Source of the DNA: Albugo candida
Lineage: Eukaryota
DNA: 64,000 bases
Reading direction: 5' to 3'
Assembly (NCBI GenBank): GCA_040437565.1
Contig: JBDOQK010000003.1
Span: forward strand, 310,001-374,000
Part shown: piece after piece, positions 1-14,901 of the stretch
Layout of the letters: each line of letters opens with the position of its first letter
Numbering within the stretch: position 1 is the first letter of the stretch
Translations under genes and position numbers: made by a program
The notes under the pieces: model-generated
Told to the model about the DNA's origin: nothing
The model's database searches: none
Seen by the model: only the letters and a program-made list of their open reading frames with translations

Positions 1-130
1 GCTTTGATAGGCAGCTTTTTACCTACTGCCCACGATAATAATAAATGTAACAAACTTTGCCAAGTATTTATTCCTCAAAAATAGTAGCCAGCAGTAGAAC
101 GAATTCGTTCTCCAATCAAATAGTTGATAA

Positions 131-2308
131 ATGACGGAAATCACAGCGATCAGTGACATTGCGACTGCTATAATACACGATGCAGTCACTGAGCTAGTAG
201 AATCGATTGTTCAAGATGTGAGTGTCACGAACGATTTTAAAGACGCATCATTGATAACACAAAGCGATGAAAAGCTTTTTGGCTTTGAGTCTGACCAGAA
301 AGTGGTACTTCTAACGTCCCTGTATTCATACGACAAATTTGTGGACGTGACGGTAGAAGAGGTTATGAGCACAATAGTGTCGTCAATTTTGAGAAACTCG
401 GAAAATTGGACTTCCGCTTTAGTAACAAGTGAGCATGGCACAGAAGGCGAATACTTGAAAGATTCGAGGCAGTGTGATGTTTCATTTGTTAAGAAAGTAC
501 GCTCAGAGACGAAGAGATATGAAGTAGCTCAAAAAGCGAGTCTAAATGATACGTGGCAGGAAGGTACCACCACAAATCAACGTCTCATTAAAGGACAAGT
601 GGATAGCGACGATATGTGTGACCCAATTGAAGATACACAATGTCCGGCTGAAACGATGGAAGTAAATTTGCCCAAAGTCACGCTATACGAGAAATCTTCG
701 TCTTTACTGGTTGATATCTCACTCAGCTCAACAGATTCCGACGATTCTGACTCATATGACGACGCAAATGCGAGTGATAATGCGTCAGCATCACCGATTT
801 CCATTTCCCCGCGTTCATGTTACTCCGACGATTCATTCCCTTATTCAGACTTCATAGATGATAAAGTACAATATCAAGCAAGTTCATATCTTCCTGGAAT
901 CCCTGAAATCAGTTCCAAGGCGCTTCATATTGCTGTGAGCACAAAATTGGGTAAATATACAACATTTGATAGTCGCTACACTCCCAGCGATTCAGACACA
1001 AATGATTCCGTTTTAACGTCAAGTGATGGATCATTTTGTGTCTCTTGTGGCAGTAGATCGAATATCGAAGAATTCGAGGTCGAAGCATTATCGGAGATGG
1101 TACCAGGTATCATACCTCATGAAGTGGGTGATGAAATCAAATTAGTAGAGCCCATGGAGTATACTGAGCGCAGACCAACCATTAAATCAAGTTCGGATTC
1201 AGTCAGTGCTGATTCTATCTTTCCGGATCTTGGAAACTTGCATATCACCAGATATCTGCGGTCAAAAAGCTATGCTCCTACCTCTGCTCCTGTTTCTAAT
1301 TTTCAAAGGAAGGAGGAAACCAATACATCTATCACCGAAACGATAACTGGAGAACAACAGTCCAAACTCACACCCGGGTGTTGTGTTTCAACAAGATATG
1401 GGCTAGGAACTGTGGTAGCATGCGGCCAGGAACAGGGTACTTCCGTCATTCGACTACAATGCAGCACCTTGCCGATGTTGATGTACTGTCGAGACACCAG
1501 CAATATTCACGTGATTCCCGCTATCCGAAATGATTTGGTCATAACGCCGGTCGGAGAAGGTCACGTCATTGATTACATGAGCCGACAAAGGACGTATCTG
1601 GTACAAATTGGCAACGACGCTAATGTATCGGGCAAGAAAAGACTGGAGCGAATTTTTTTCGAGACGGAGATAAGGCGTCAAGAATCAGGGCGACGCAATA
1701 TTATGCCGTCTCGATTCGTGCCGACAACATTCAGACAAAAAGCAAGCGATTGTAAAAGCATCGAAGCAAGAAATCGTTCTCAAACGTGTGTGCAAAAGCC
1801 GAAAGCTACAGTTGATGATCGGTCTCATTCTGGGGACAAAGCGTACGACGAGTCGATCCAATCGAATTTCCTGTCGGGTGCATTCCGACGTGCTGTGGCA
1901 GCATCGTCGGAATTATCCAACTCCACTATAAACTATGTGTCAAAATGGAATCTAGTTGGCCAATACGTGCAAACAAAGTACGGCCAGGGCACCATCAAAA
2001 GTTATGATCAAATGGAAAAAATCGTGCAATTGGAGCTCGCTAGTGATGGGAGTGTCATATCCATGCACGTCGATGATATTCAGAATCAATTGAAAGCTCT
2101 CATCGGTATGGAGGTGCAAACTACCAAATTTGGCGCAGGTAAAGTGATAGCGGTGCGCGCAGCGGATGCCATTTACACTGTTTTATTGCACGCGAAACCT
2201 GCTGGAAAGCAAAGCGACACTGTTTACGTCCACGAAAGCGATTTATGTAAAGCAAAACGCTCATCAATTGGGAACTTGAAATATCCAAAGCTAAAATTCT
2301 GGAAGTAG
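131..2308 (+). CDS. Hypothetical protein, acidic/Ser-rich N-half plus four SH3/KOW-like 'VxTxYGxGxV' modules
   Basis: 725-aa single-exon ORF. Recurring motifs VSTRYGLGTVV, VITPVGEGHVI, VQTKYGQGTIK, VQTTKFGAGKVI. Confidence 0.75.
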   Translation: MTEITAISDIATAIIHDAVTELVESIVQDVSVTNDFKDASLITQSDEKLFGFESDQKVVLLTSLYSYDKFVDVTVEEVMSTIVSSILRNSENWTSALVTSEHGTEGEYLKDSRQCDVSFVKKVRSETKRYEVAQKASLNDTWQEGTTTNQRLIKGQVDSDDMCDPIEDTQCPAETMEVNLPKVTLYEKSSSLLVDISLSSTDSDDSDSYDDANASDNASASPISISPRSCYSDDSFPYSDFIDDKVQYQASSYLPGIPEISSKALHIAVSTKLGKYTTFDSRYTPSDSDTNDSVLTSSDGSFCVSCGSRSNIEEFEVEALSEMVPGIIPHEVGDEIKLVEPMEYTERRPTIKSSSDSVSADSIFPDLGNLHITRYLRSKSYAPTSAPVSNFQRKEETNTSITETITGEQQSKLTPGCCVSTRYGLGTVVACGQEQGTSVIRLQCSTLPMLMYCRDTSNIHVIPAIRNDLVITPVGEGHVIDYMSRQRTYLVQIGNDANVSGKKRLERIFFETEIRRQESGRRNIMPSRFVPTTFRQKASDCKSIEARNRSQTCVQKPKATVDDRSHSGDKAYDESIQSNFLSGAFRRAVAASSELSNSTINYVSKWNLVGQYVQTKYGQGTIKSYDQMEKIVQLELASDGSVISMHVDDIQNQLKALIGMEVQTTKFGAGKVIAVRAADAIYTVLLHAKPAGKQSDTVYVHESDLCKAKRSSIGNLKYPKLKFWK

Positions 2309-2363
2309 TTGTTCTCCAGCGCTCCTCATCGTATTTCTTCCCGGTCGCAAGAGCTCATGCGGT

Positions 2364-4626
<2,263 letters not shown>

Positions 4627-4674
4627 GACAGTATAGCGCGATCCATGGGACCTTCTTGTCAGTATATTAATTTA

Positions 4675-5387
4675 TTACGTGTATCTTACACCTCCCATGA
4701 ACGTGCGCGGGTCCGGTGCGCTACCGTTAAACTCGGCACCAGAGAAGTCAAATCCTGGATTTTCTTCTTGAAAGCGCTCGAGCATGAGCTTTTTCTTTGT
4801 TTCTTCTTGCTCGAGAGGATCCATCTAAAGGACGCATACAATGTGGACGATCAAAACTGTGCATTGAAAATAGCAATACGAACCTCGCCGTGCCCGACAA
4901 AAACGCTCGACCACATTAGACCTTTTTTCATTTTTTGTAGATTGATACAAAGTTCTCCTTGATCTTATAAGCCAAAAGTGATATAGATCATAAGCATGGT
5001 GAGAGGCAACGACGATTTATCGCTGTTCTGTTCACTTACCGAGCATCCAATAGCTCTCGGCAACTATTACGGAGCTGGTAAGGTTATGCTGCAAAGAACA
5101 ATAAACGCACTGCATATTATAAATGTGACATAGAGCACTCGTCTACGTTGAGAAATTTGTCTGTGCAGCCGCGCAAGCCTAAGGTGACATGTGTGGAGGA
5201 GATATCGCATTGGATTTGAGAAGCAATAATGCCCGGTGGTGGTCTGATGAAGAGATTGACTTCCTCAAGAGACTGTTCCCACTCGTAGATGATCTGATCT
5301 ATATAGGTATTGGTGTCAGCAAATTGCATGCACAAATAAGAAATCGAGTATACTTTGATGTTTATATACGCGACGATCAGCACTCAT
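4675..5387 (-). CDS. NUDCD2: NudC domain-containing protein 2 (CS domain co-chaperone)
   Basis: [11 protein letters not shown] | intron | [23 protein letters not shown]; last exon [40 protein letters not shown], the typical NudCD2 C-terminus. Confidence 0.92.
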
Positions 5388-5769
5388 GTCGTTGTGACGC
5401 TTTGATGTGAATGTACTGAATGCGGCAAAATGGGTCCAGAGTTCACATTGGCAAGTACGGCCGATAGGGTACAGAGAATCACACGTTACGCTACCAGAAT
5501 CTCTGTACATCAAAGCAATACAGGTCTCATATTCTTGCTTATTATGTGCAAGCCTATCGATGTGTGAGAACCTGGCAGGTACACACACTGAGGATGCTTT
5601 TACATGAGCAAGTCATTGACTGACTCATTGAGCTAATTCTAGTGTGGTGTACATTACTGATGTTCACGGTAAGCCACTCATTTGAGCACCGGCTAGTAAA
5701 AGAAATATCGCGGCAAGTAGAAAGTAGCCGGGAAACCACAACAATCGATTCCATTATCGTCGTTGTAAG

Positions 5770-7207
5770 ATGGCACGCGGTAAAGCCGATCGTCAACTGA
5801 CCGTCGGCAAAAAGCTAAAAATCATTGAAGAAGCAGATGAAACTGGTCTGATGTCTGCAACCGCGCAAAAGTATGGCGTTAAAACAGGCCAAATTCGCGA
5901 CTGGAAGAAAAATATCGATCGATTGCGCGCTACAGATCCTTCTCGATTAGTATGTGCAAGCACAATACAACGTGGCCATTTGGTTTTCAATGAGACGTAT
6001 GCGCAGTATTGGGTTGGATACAATAAGTACTGCACAAACAATACCAATTATGATGATCTGAAATCGGCATTGCATGTCAATTACAAAGACATTTTCAGAG
6101 ATGGAATCAGTATGTAATAAACAAAACTTTCGATTTATTTGGCATAAAAGTTCAAATTCATTGGGTATTGTAGTATCGAACACTAATTTTATTTTGGTGT
6201 AGATACACTAAGCTTCCCAACAACAATAGACCCGACTACAGATTTCGTGTTAGAGTGTCCAAGCTGCAGTAAGCCAACGCTCTGATTGTTATGTTTGTAA
6301 GATGACATAATTGTTGAACTTGCAGGCGAATATTACGAATTAGATGAAGTCAAAGAAGCGTACCGCAAAGATTTGCAAACTGTTCGAGAGCAACTGCGTG
6401 GATTTTTTGATGCGAAGCCGTTCTTGACCAAATATTTATACTTTGTCACGCGATTGGACTTTTATATACCAGATTCACTCAATGAGTCGAGAACAGATAT
6501 TGATCTACAGAAGCATGCACAGGAACCGCAAATCAAGATGGAAGCCATTGACGGATATATTTCCGTGTATGTTGCAATATGTGGCAATGGTTCTGTCATG
6601 GTACCTATGTCGGTGTTCCCACCTACAGAAATTTGGCATTGGGAACGAAAGAAGCGCGTCAAGCTCCGACATGCACACAGCGTACATCGAACAAAATCAA
6701 ACGATCCTCAAGAAGCGCTCCAATTCTTCTCTGTTGTACGTTCATTCAATTTCCGCACGTTGATTATATGTATTTCACGAGTGGCTGTTTACATGCAATT
6801 AGACATGGAAGAAGTTTTACGATGAAGATGCAAAGTACAGCGATAAGTTTGCATTTTTGTTAGATGCTTCTTTGGAGGAATTTCGCTCCAACGAGTTTAC
6901 GGAAGGCGTTCAACAACTAGACGGATATGGAAAGTACTGGAACACTTTTCTTACAGTGCGCAATCCATTGAGAATATCCCACTATGAGCATATTTTGTCG
7001 ACCTTTGTGATCGAAGAATGGCGCAATATTTTACAGCTGAAGAAATCGAGCCAGCCAAATGACTATAGAAAGTGTGTCGCTTTCTGGTTCTACACAGCAT
7101 GGGAACATTTTGCTGGTGATCATGCTCGGGCAGCTTTTCGAAGCTGCAACATGTTTTTAGAGAATAAGAGCGCATGGAGTGCAGGACATGAAACTACTGT
7201 TGTATAG
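5770..7207 (+). CDS. Pogo/CENP-B-like transposase-derived gene (N-terminal HTH plus degenerate DDE_1 domain), 4 exons
   Basis: HTH-type N-terminus LTVGKKLKIIEEADETGLMSATAQKYGVKTGQIRDWKK. DDE_1-like blocks ISVYVAICGNGSVMVPMSVF, FAFLLDAS, VAFWFYTAWEHF...RAAFRSCNM. GT-AG introns at 6110-6202, 6269-6301 (or -6325) and 6736-6802 give one open frame of about 414 aa. Confidence 0.7.
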
Positions 7208-7532
7208 TTCTGACGTATGCGCGGATTTGTTAGAGCATCCCAGACGATTTTGTTAATATATTCAGTGCTGGTTGGCCTGAAACTCTGTGTCAATGCTTGG
7301 CTTCAGTGTGTTTAATCAGCTTGCACCAATCCGCAAAATACATCCAGCGTCATATTGTGCGTTACTACAATGGCGATGCATAGTTGAATGCAATGCGTAC
7401 ATCATCGCTTGGATCAGGAACACGTCCAGTGACACTGTGCGTTCTACCTTTGATATATGCTTCTTCTACATCAAATTTGATAGTTTCATTGAGAGGACCA
7501 GCTATGTATGCTTGCTTTCCTGCTTGGTCTCT

Positions 7533-9080
7533 TTACAGCTGCCCCAATAGTGTTGTCACATCTTCAACGGTGAGATCGTGTTCATTTTTGGCAAGGATCA
7601 ATCGAATTGCATCTTGTTCCGAGCCTCCATTGGAAATGTTCGATACTGATCCGAAATTTTCCTTCAATTGTGACTGACTTTTGTTGATCCAATCCATATA
7701 CTTGACGGATTGATCAGGCGTGAGAATAGAGTGAATGGCGTTTGTGTGCTTTTCCACCGCGGTAGCTCGTTCTTCTAAATTTGTGTTCAGTCTGCTAAGA
7801 TAAGCCTTGTAAAACAAGGAGAATGCTAAAGTAAGTGTGATCCAAGAGTCTGTGTGAGCCTTACCGCCACGAAAGCCATCCTTCTGCGTTCTGGTTTGAG
7901 AGCGATCGCTTCTTGTGATCTACGAACCGGAAAAATGTCTGAAGACATAGATTATCAAAATGAAAGCATTTCCTACGTGTAGAGAAATCGGAGTTTCTCA
8001 TCTTGCTCATATGTGAGCCCAAGATCAGCAACCAAAGCAGGCCAAAGCGCGTCCTTCCTAAGAACGCTACTTGTCCCTGGTTTCTTATCGCTGTCGCTGG
8101 CACTATTCACCTTTCCATTTGATGCATTTGTCACCCGTCCCTCATTAAAGAAGGATTCGTCTTGAATGCTCAGCCACAAAAGAAAGCGACAGTAGGGTGG
8201 TAATAACAAATTGTCAAGTTGGCGAAAGTTGTAGTCTTTGATCGCTTTGCGTTCCTAATTTCCAAAAGTGATTTGAGATTGAGAGCGAAAAAAACCCTCA
8301 GAGTTCCTACGAGGCTGTTGGGTCCAAACCGATTCTGCAATAATTCGACCCCTTGCCGCAGTTTTTCTTGTATCTCAGCCTAAAGGCAAGCTGAGAAAAA
8401 GATCGTTTTCAGAAGAACAGAGTCACTGACGTCGTCACACTCGGCTTGCAGTTGATGTACTAGAGATTGAATCAAAGTGGAGCGAACATTTTCAAGTGCT
8501 TGATCGGCATTCTCCAAATGATTTGCTCGTGTCACATCGATACTTTCAGTCAGTTGCTCCACCTGTAAAGCAAACGAAAATGGTAGAGACCCTTATAGGG
8601 CCGTTTGAAACTTTACTTTTTCTTCCAATAATTCCAAATATTGTTTCTTCCGTCTTCGGCTTTGGCGCGCAGATTCCCTATTTCTCGCCAATCTGTCCGC
8701 AGCAACGCTCAAGTTCTACTCGTCATTGCTTAGGCTCCGTACCGTCGTTGTCGTTTTTCATCAGTAGCTCGCTTTGAGCTTTTTCCATCGCTCGAAATTG
8801 ATTCATCATGTTTCTGTAGTTCATCGCCGTCTTTTTCTTCGAAACTCTGCAGAGATGATGTTCTTGTAAGACCGAGAGCATTGCTTCCATCAGATGAGTT
8901 TAGTGCGTTGGCAGTTTGTGCGACAGCAAGCAAATCCGATCCGTAAACTTTTCCATCAGTATCACGATTTCCATTTCCTACTAAAGTGGTGCTACCATCA
9001 TGGAGTAAGAGTTTTTCTTTCGTTAGATCCACAGACAAAAAGTAGCTCAATAAATTGTCATCTTCGTTCGATAATTCCAT
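7533..9080 (-). CDS. bZIP transcription factor (multi-exon)
   Basis: Spliced basic region DEKRQRR|LARNRESARQSRRRKKQYLELLEEK (N-x7-R); downstream exons continue to the stop at 7533. Confidence 0.88.
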
Positions 9081-9158
9081 CACTATACATGTATACTTCT
9101 GTTACATGTTACTATACATCCATACAAAGTATTCAAAAAGACAATTCAATAGGAAGTT
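9081..9158. promoter_or_regulatory. Putative minimal bidirectional promoter between bZIP and R3H genes
   Basis: 78 bp between divergent ATGs. Contains perfect palindrome TATACATGTATA (9084-9095), a second ACATGT and a repeated ACTATACAT. Confidence 0.45.
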
Positions 9159-10437
9159 ATGGAAGACATCTTGCGCACGGAATACGAGAAAATGTATATC
9201 AGTACGAACAAATTCGATCGCATCACTGAAGAGGGGGAAGATCTTTCTCGTCTTTTCAAAAAAAACATCCATCTCAATGAAGGTCAGTTCCCTCTCTACC
9301 AAAATGCTTGCTAATTGTCTGAAACAGGTCACAAGCTGAGGTCTCTTCGGCTTCCTGTACGCGCTTTACCATACATTCTGAGTATGAATCAAGCGCCCAG
9401 TGGAAAAAGAAATCAAAAGCGTTGGGCGAACGGTACACAGAGCGTTTTTAAGCTTTATTGAGATTGAACTTTTGTCGTAGACTACCACATTGAAAATTCG
9501 GAAATGTTGGGGAATAATGTGGAAGAATTAATGCAGCATCTTCATATACAAGTGAATTGGAGGTCTATATTTGCAAGCACTTTGGAGGCATTTTATACTG
9601 ATGATAAGGCCTTGAGAAATTAGATCTAATTTTCAACAACTTGCCAAGGATCGAGCATTGCAGGACGCGTTTCTGGAAGCAAAAGTACACCCAAAGCCTA
9701 TCTCAACCAACTGCAGAAACAAGAAGACTGGCTACTGGAATGGTCCGTCGTAAAATCAATGATTTATTTTGAAGCGCAGAAAGAATCTTAAGTGAATCCT
9801 GCTGATGTAGAAGCTGAGTACATGTTTCGTCGAATGGATCGCCGGGCACGTGCCCTATTGTCGAAATCAATCATATCATTTGGATCATTCTTAGAAGCGA
9901 TGGAACACACTATTCTTCATTTTGTGAAGGTATACAACCACTGCTTAGTATTGAAGAAATCACAGATAGTTTGAGATTGTAGTGGCGAGAAGCTCCTTCT
10001 GACCTCGAGCTTATGCCAGCATTGCGTAAAATGCTGATATCTCCACTCGAAATCACCGAAAGTGCATTCAGCGTGAGATCTCTACGTCTCTCACTTCCAA
10101 ACTCTCCTTTCCATCGTCTCTTGGTGCACGCTCTTTGTCAGTTTTATGGACTCCAATCAAAGAGTAGGTCTACGCTGAATGCTAGCTTCCAATGAGGCTA
10201 AGATGTCTCAATATAGCTGAGCAAAATCAAGAGAAAAGCTTCAAGACAATCGTCGTCTTGCAACCACAGACTGAAAAGATGGAGAAACTCAACTGTACCG
10301 CCATATCATTATGTCGCTTTTTGCTCGAGACTCGCGTCCCCCATCACGAGAATAACAAAGAAGACTCTATGGAAGTGTCCACAAGAACGAGCGAATGTAG
10401 CGATGGTTATTGCGTGATGGAATTCCCAGAAACTTGA
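9159..10437 (+). CDS. R3H domain protein (R3HDM4-like, R3H-associated N-terminal domain)
   Basis: Spliced exons give SGKRNQKRWAN, FRRMDRRARALL and the R3H motif SPFHRLLVHALCQFYGLQSKS. Confidence 0.8.
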
Positions 10438-10509
10438 ACGTGTTGACAAAAATGAGAAAATGGAATTGTGGTAATAAATACGATGTTTGCTGTTGCGCTG
10501 TAAATCCTT

Positions 10510-13500
10510 CTAAAAATCGAGGGTTGCCCGCATTTCATCCCGACTGTATCTTGCGCTTTCGTCGAAAGAGTCTTCATCGTTGGTGGTCTGTGGACGAGTG
10601 AGGACTTTGTTCGTGGTCGTAAAGGCATGAACCCAATCCAACATATCTTGACGGGATTTGGCTTGGAAGCGAATTTGTTGGGTTGTGACGGATATCGTAA
10701 AGGCTTTTGATTTGGTATTCACAGCGTCGTAAACAATTTCCAGCGTCGAGTCTCCGATGGGGAATATTCCTCTTGGCTCAAGATCTTCTTGACGTCTATA
10801 GTACTTGAGCACCCCAGACGGATCGATCTCACACCATCGCTCTTGCGCCCCACGAAGCGACAGATTTCCAAAAAGTCCTTTATCTTGAGCACGACGAGGA
10901 TGTTTCATGAGATTCCCTTTCTTCGTTACAATTGTGTCGGTATGTGCCACAGGCAATTCACTCGGTTTGATGGACTCCTTGGTCAATGGTTTCACAAACG
11001 TAGCCTCCTTTTCAATGGATGCTTTACGCGATGCGCGAACGCTAATTCGGTGAAAGGACAATCTTCGACTTTCGGTCGGAGCTACAAAGGTGCGTTCTTC
11101 TTCTACTCGAGCAGCCAAAGATTTCAAGTCGTTCTTGAGTTCGTCCCGATGCCTTTTAAGTTCCACAATGTCTTCACCACTCGATGCCTTTGATATTGAG
11201 CTTTCAAGAGTAAGCTGTTGACGCGATATAATTGGAGTGAGACAAAGTACATCTCGATTGTAGGAAATAAAACGCACCAGCTGTGCTTCGATATCGCTCT
11301 TTGCGACACGAAGATCCTTCTTGTTGGAACCGGAAAGATGACGATCCAGAAGCTTGAATGAACCTCTGGATCCACGCATTCTCGACAGGCTGAAAACTCG
11401 TTTTGTACGAGTTTCTGTCGCCGATATTCGATCGATATTTCCGTCATTCGACATTGATAAACATTCTACTCTCTTTGTACTTTGATCATGAGCTTCTTCA
11501 CTGACATGATCGGAATCGAATGGGATGGATAATGCTCGTTGACCCAGAGATCGTGGTGGTGGAAGAGAGTGCCTATATCTGCTAATTCCATCAGAAGCAC
11601 TCCGTGCTTTCGATATATCTGGTCCTAGCCATGTCTTAGTAAGCCGATTATATTCATTCTCAGCCGATCTCATCTCATCTTTGAGCGATATGCGAAGTCT
11701 GCTTAATTCCGAGACTCGTTCTGTATCGTTGGTCACTGATGCTCTTGCCAGTTGCTTCACTGTGTCGTGCTATAAGCAGATGTGCAGAATAATTTGAGAA
11801 TCAAAGCTAGATGAAATATTGGAATCCTTACCAAACTTGAGCGTAACTGAGAGATTCTGTTCCGAATAGAGTTGCAATACAGCTGTTCATCGTGAGCCTT
11901 ATATGGCTCTAATGACTCTGAATCATGGATAATGGCATCACCGGTAGATAGTGGCGTATCATCGTCGGAAGTAGGAGTCTCTGCTGTCTCTTGTACATAT
12001 ACGTTCGATTTGATGCTGCTGATAGACATGAGTTTACGATCGCAATCTTTTTTAATCCGATGATCAAACTTTTCCACAGCCAGTCGAGGCGGATCATTGA
12101 ATGTTTGCATCTCTGCCAATGCCATCTTGAGCTCCTGTTTCAGTTGTATTTGTTGCGGTGTTGGTAGACCGGTGTCATCGTCAAATCGGCTTGCATAAGA
12201 GACTCTTCTTCCCCTCGACAAAGGATTTCGCTACAAAACAAACCATTTGATGAGATTGTCACGAATTTATATACGACATCGCTGTACCAGTTGTTCACGA
12301 AGTTTTTCGATTTTCATTTCGAGAAATACCAGACGAGGTGCTTTTCTACCGCTTATAATGTCAAGCAATTGCTTCGACGTTGTGTCGATAGCATTTGATT
12401 TCTTCTTTAATTGCTCAATTTCCGCTTCGACTCGCTTGACTGTTGAATTCTCCCATTTCAGCTGTGATTTCAAATCGTGGTTTGCCTGCGCAAGTTGTTC
12501 TTGTATCGTGACTCCAGCAGCAGTCTTCAAATTCTGTACATCCATTTCAAAAGCCGAATACGCAAACTCTTCCAATTCCGTACTATGCTCTTTTTGCTCA
12601 TCTTTGTTGCGATTTGCTTCAAGTACAGCCCTCTCCAAAGTAGAACGCTCTTTTTTCAGAATGGATTGCATTGCTCTCAAGTGTTCATACTCTGCCGACA
12701 TCGCCTCCACTTCCGCAGTTAGCGTCTTGTTTCGTTCCATCAGAATGACAGCTTTGTTTGTTTCGGCGGACTTGACTATCCCTTCCTTTTCTCGACTTAA
12801 AAGATCGATATAGTCAATGTGACGAGTTTCTTCACTTGTCAATTTCTTCGCATCTTCCCGTAGAGACTCCAGCATTCGACTCCAAACATCGATTGCTTTG
12901 CAGACAACATTTTGCGTCCCTGCCAGTTCTTTGAGACGATTCTTCATCGTCCTTTTTTGAATTTGCCACATTTCGATCTGCAACTCAAAGAATACTGAAG
13001 TTTGCAAATATTCGAGACGGAGAGATTGCTCTTTAGCGGCTGCAGCTCTTTTCTCTTGTTCTCCTGGCGCGGTTGCCTTGGATTCGCTCGCCACTCGACC
13101 CTGATGAGATAATCGTCAGTAGTCTCGACCAAAAATGTTCATGTCTCTCATACCACAATGCCTCGACTGACATCGGCAAACTTGATTCGCACTGGTCGAG
13201 GAGCTCGATTCAGTGTTTCAAGAACCTCTGCATAGGTGTATCCATTCAATGGAAGATGGTCAATCGCTGTCATCCGCATACCAATGCAAATACGACTAAG
13301 TGAAAAAGAATTGTGAGTTGATACCTCATGATTGCACGAAAATCCCTACATTGTTCATACTTTTCAGGTTTCATGCTCCAATTGTACAGTTCTGCTGGAC
13401 TCGGCATCCCATTTCGGAGCTGAGTAGATACTTCTCGTCAGATAGAGATTCATCATATTCGATAGCACACCTTGTAGAAATCGGCAATATAAACGGTAAG

Positions 13501-14353
13501 GTCTGTAAACATGGCTCCAGGCTCTGAAGTGATATGTTTCAGGTTCAATCCCAATCGTCCGACTCCAAAATTTACTTCAATTTCACGGATAAAGTTATAG
13601 CCATAACCTGATCGAAAACATTAAATTCAGTTGATACAGAAAATTGACTTGTAACGAGCCTGTCTTAACGGGGGGTCGGATCCATTGAGACTCTCCTGTT
13701 GGAGACACGAAATATCTATGTCCTGCAAGAGTCCGACTCTCTCGCACACACCATCCGGGTGGCAGCACCAGTACTTCACCAGAAGGTAATATGGACGCAT
13801 TTTCGCACTTTGTTCTAATCCAGCATCATACGACATTAAGACTCGTCCAGAAGGTGATTGATCAATGGTTCACGCACAGAATTTCAACTTGCTCGATGAT
13901 TTCTTCGTCGCTGATTGTAGTAGAAGCATGTGCAATTTCATCGTTTGTAGCCGCTTCAGACGAAAATATCATAGCGTGGCGTTCTTCAACGGGTGATGAA
14001 ATCCCAGACGATACGGAATTCGCTTTTGATGGCCGCACGTCGCCAGATTTGCATGTTAAACTTTGTGTTGTCTCGGTAGGTGACTCTGAGTGTGAATTTG
14101 GCTGTACAACGGACGCTCGATCCCATAAAGCAGCATACTTTGTATTGATGACTGTGTTTGACCCATCGGATAATTTTCTCTTATAAATGTGGCCGTATTC
14201 TTGCTCGACATCTCGTGCTGTGAATCTCTCGAGAATGTTGTCACTCCGACTACGAGATCGCATATACTGACTCAAACTGACTATACTTGTGGACGATTCT
14301 TGGAATGTAAGTGGAGATTTCCAATCTACACGTTCATACTCGATAGTAGACAT
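10510..14353 (-). CDS. Large multi-exon protein: PDZ-like domain, coiled coils, C-terminal PH domain
   Basis: PDZ-like IGMRMTAIDHLPLNGYTYAEVLETLNRAPRPVRIKF (about 13160-13290); coiled-coil ORF 12267-13094; PH domain KKGNLMKH...AQERWCEI...LKYYR...FQAKSRQDMLDWVHAF. Confidence 0.75.
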
Positions 14354-14901
14354 GAAGCAAAGCGGCGATCGAAGAATTCGAAACTCGCTCGATTGACTAC
14401 TTCGTTCTTGGGTCAGCGTTTATGTGGTATACGGTACTCTGTAGGTGGAGCTTTCTTGGTATGTCGTTTGTTCTGGATAATAGCTCAATGTAAGTAATTG
14501 CTATACTTTACATCTTGCGAAAAGGGAGCCTAATATGAAAGAATCAATTTGAGATGGCCTCCTAGACCTTTTCGCTTAAGGATTGGATCGTATAGCTGTT
14601 GTAAAGTGCCTGGCTAATGCGATAAAATATGCGTGGACGCAAGCTCCATAGCGCACAATATCTTTTCATAGAATGTGCGTTGGTTTAGATAGCGTAGTGG
14701 TGAATTAGAGTTAAAAATGTATTTTTGTAAGTGTACAGATGTGCGCTCCTTTTGATCAAATTGCCTTACGAGAGGAGAACACGCAAACACTTTTAAATAT
14801 GTTGGTCGCCTCGCCACCTTCTCGCATAATCACAGCTTCGTTCGCGAAAGCATTAGATTGGTTCCTGTAACCTAACGCATGGTAGCTAACCATTAATTCT
14901 C

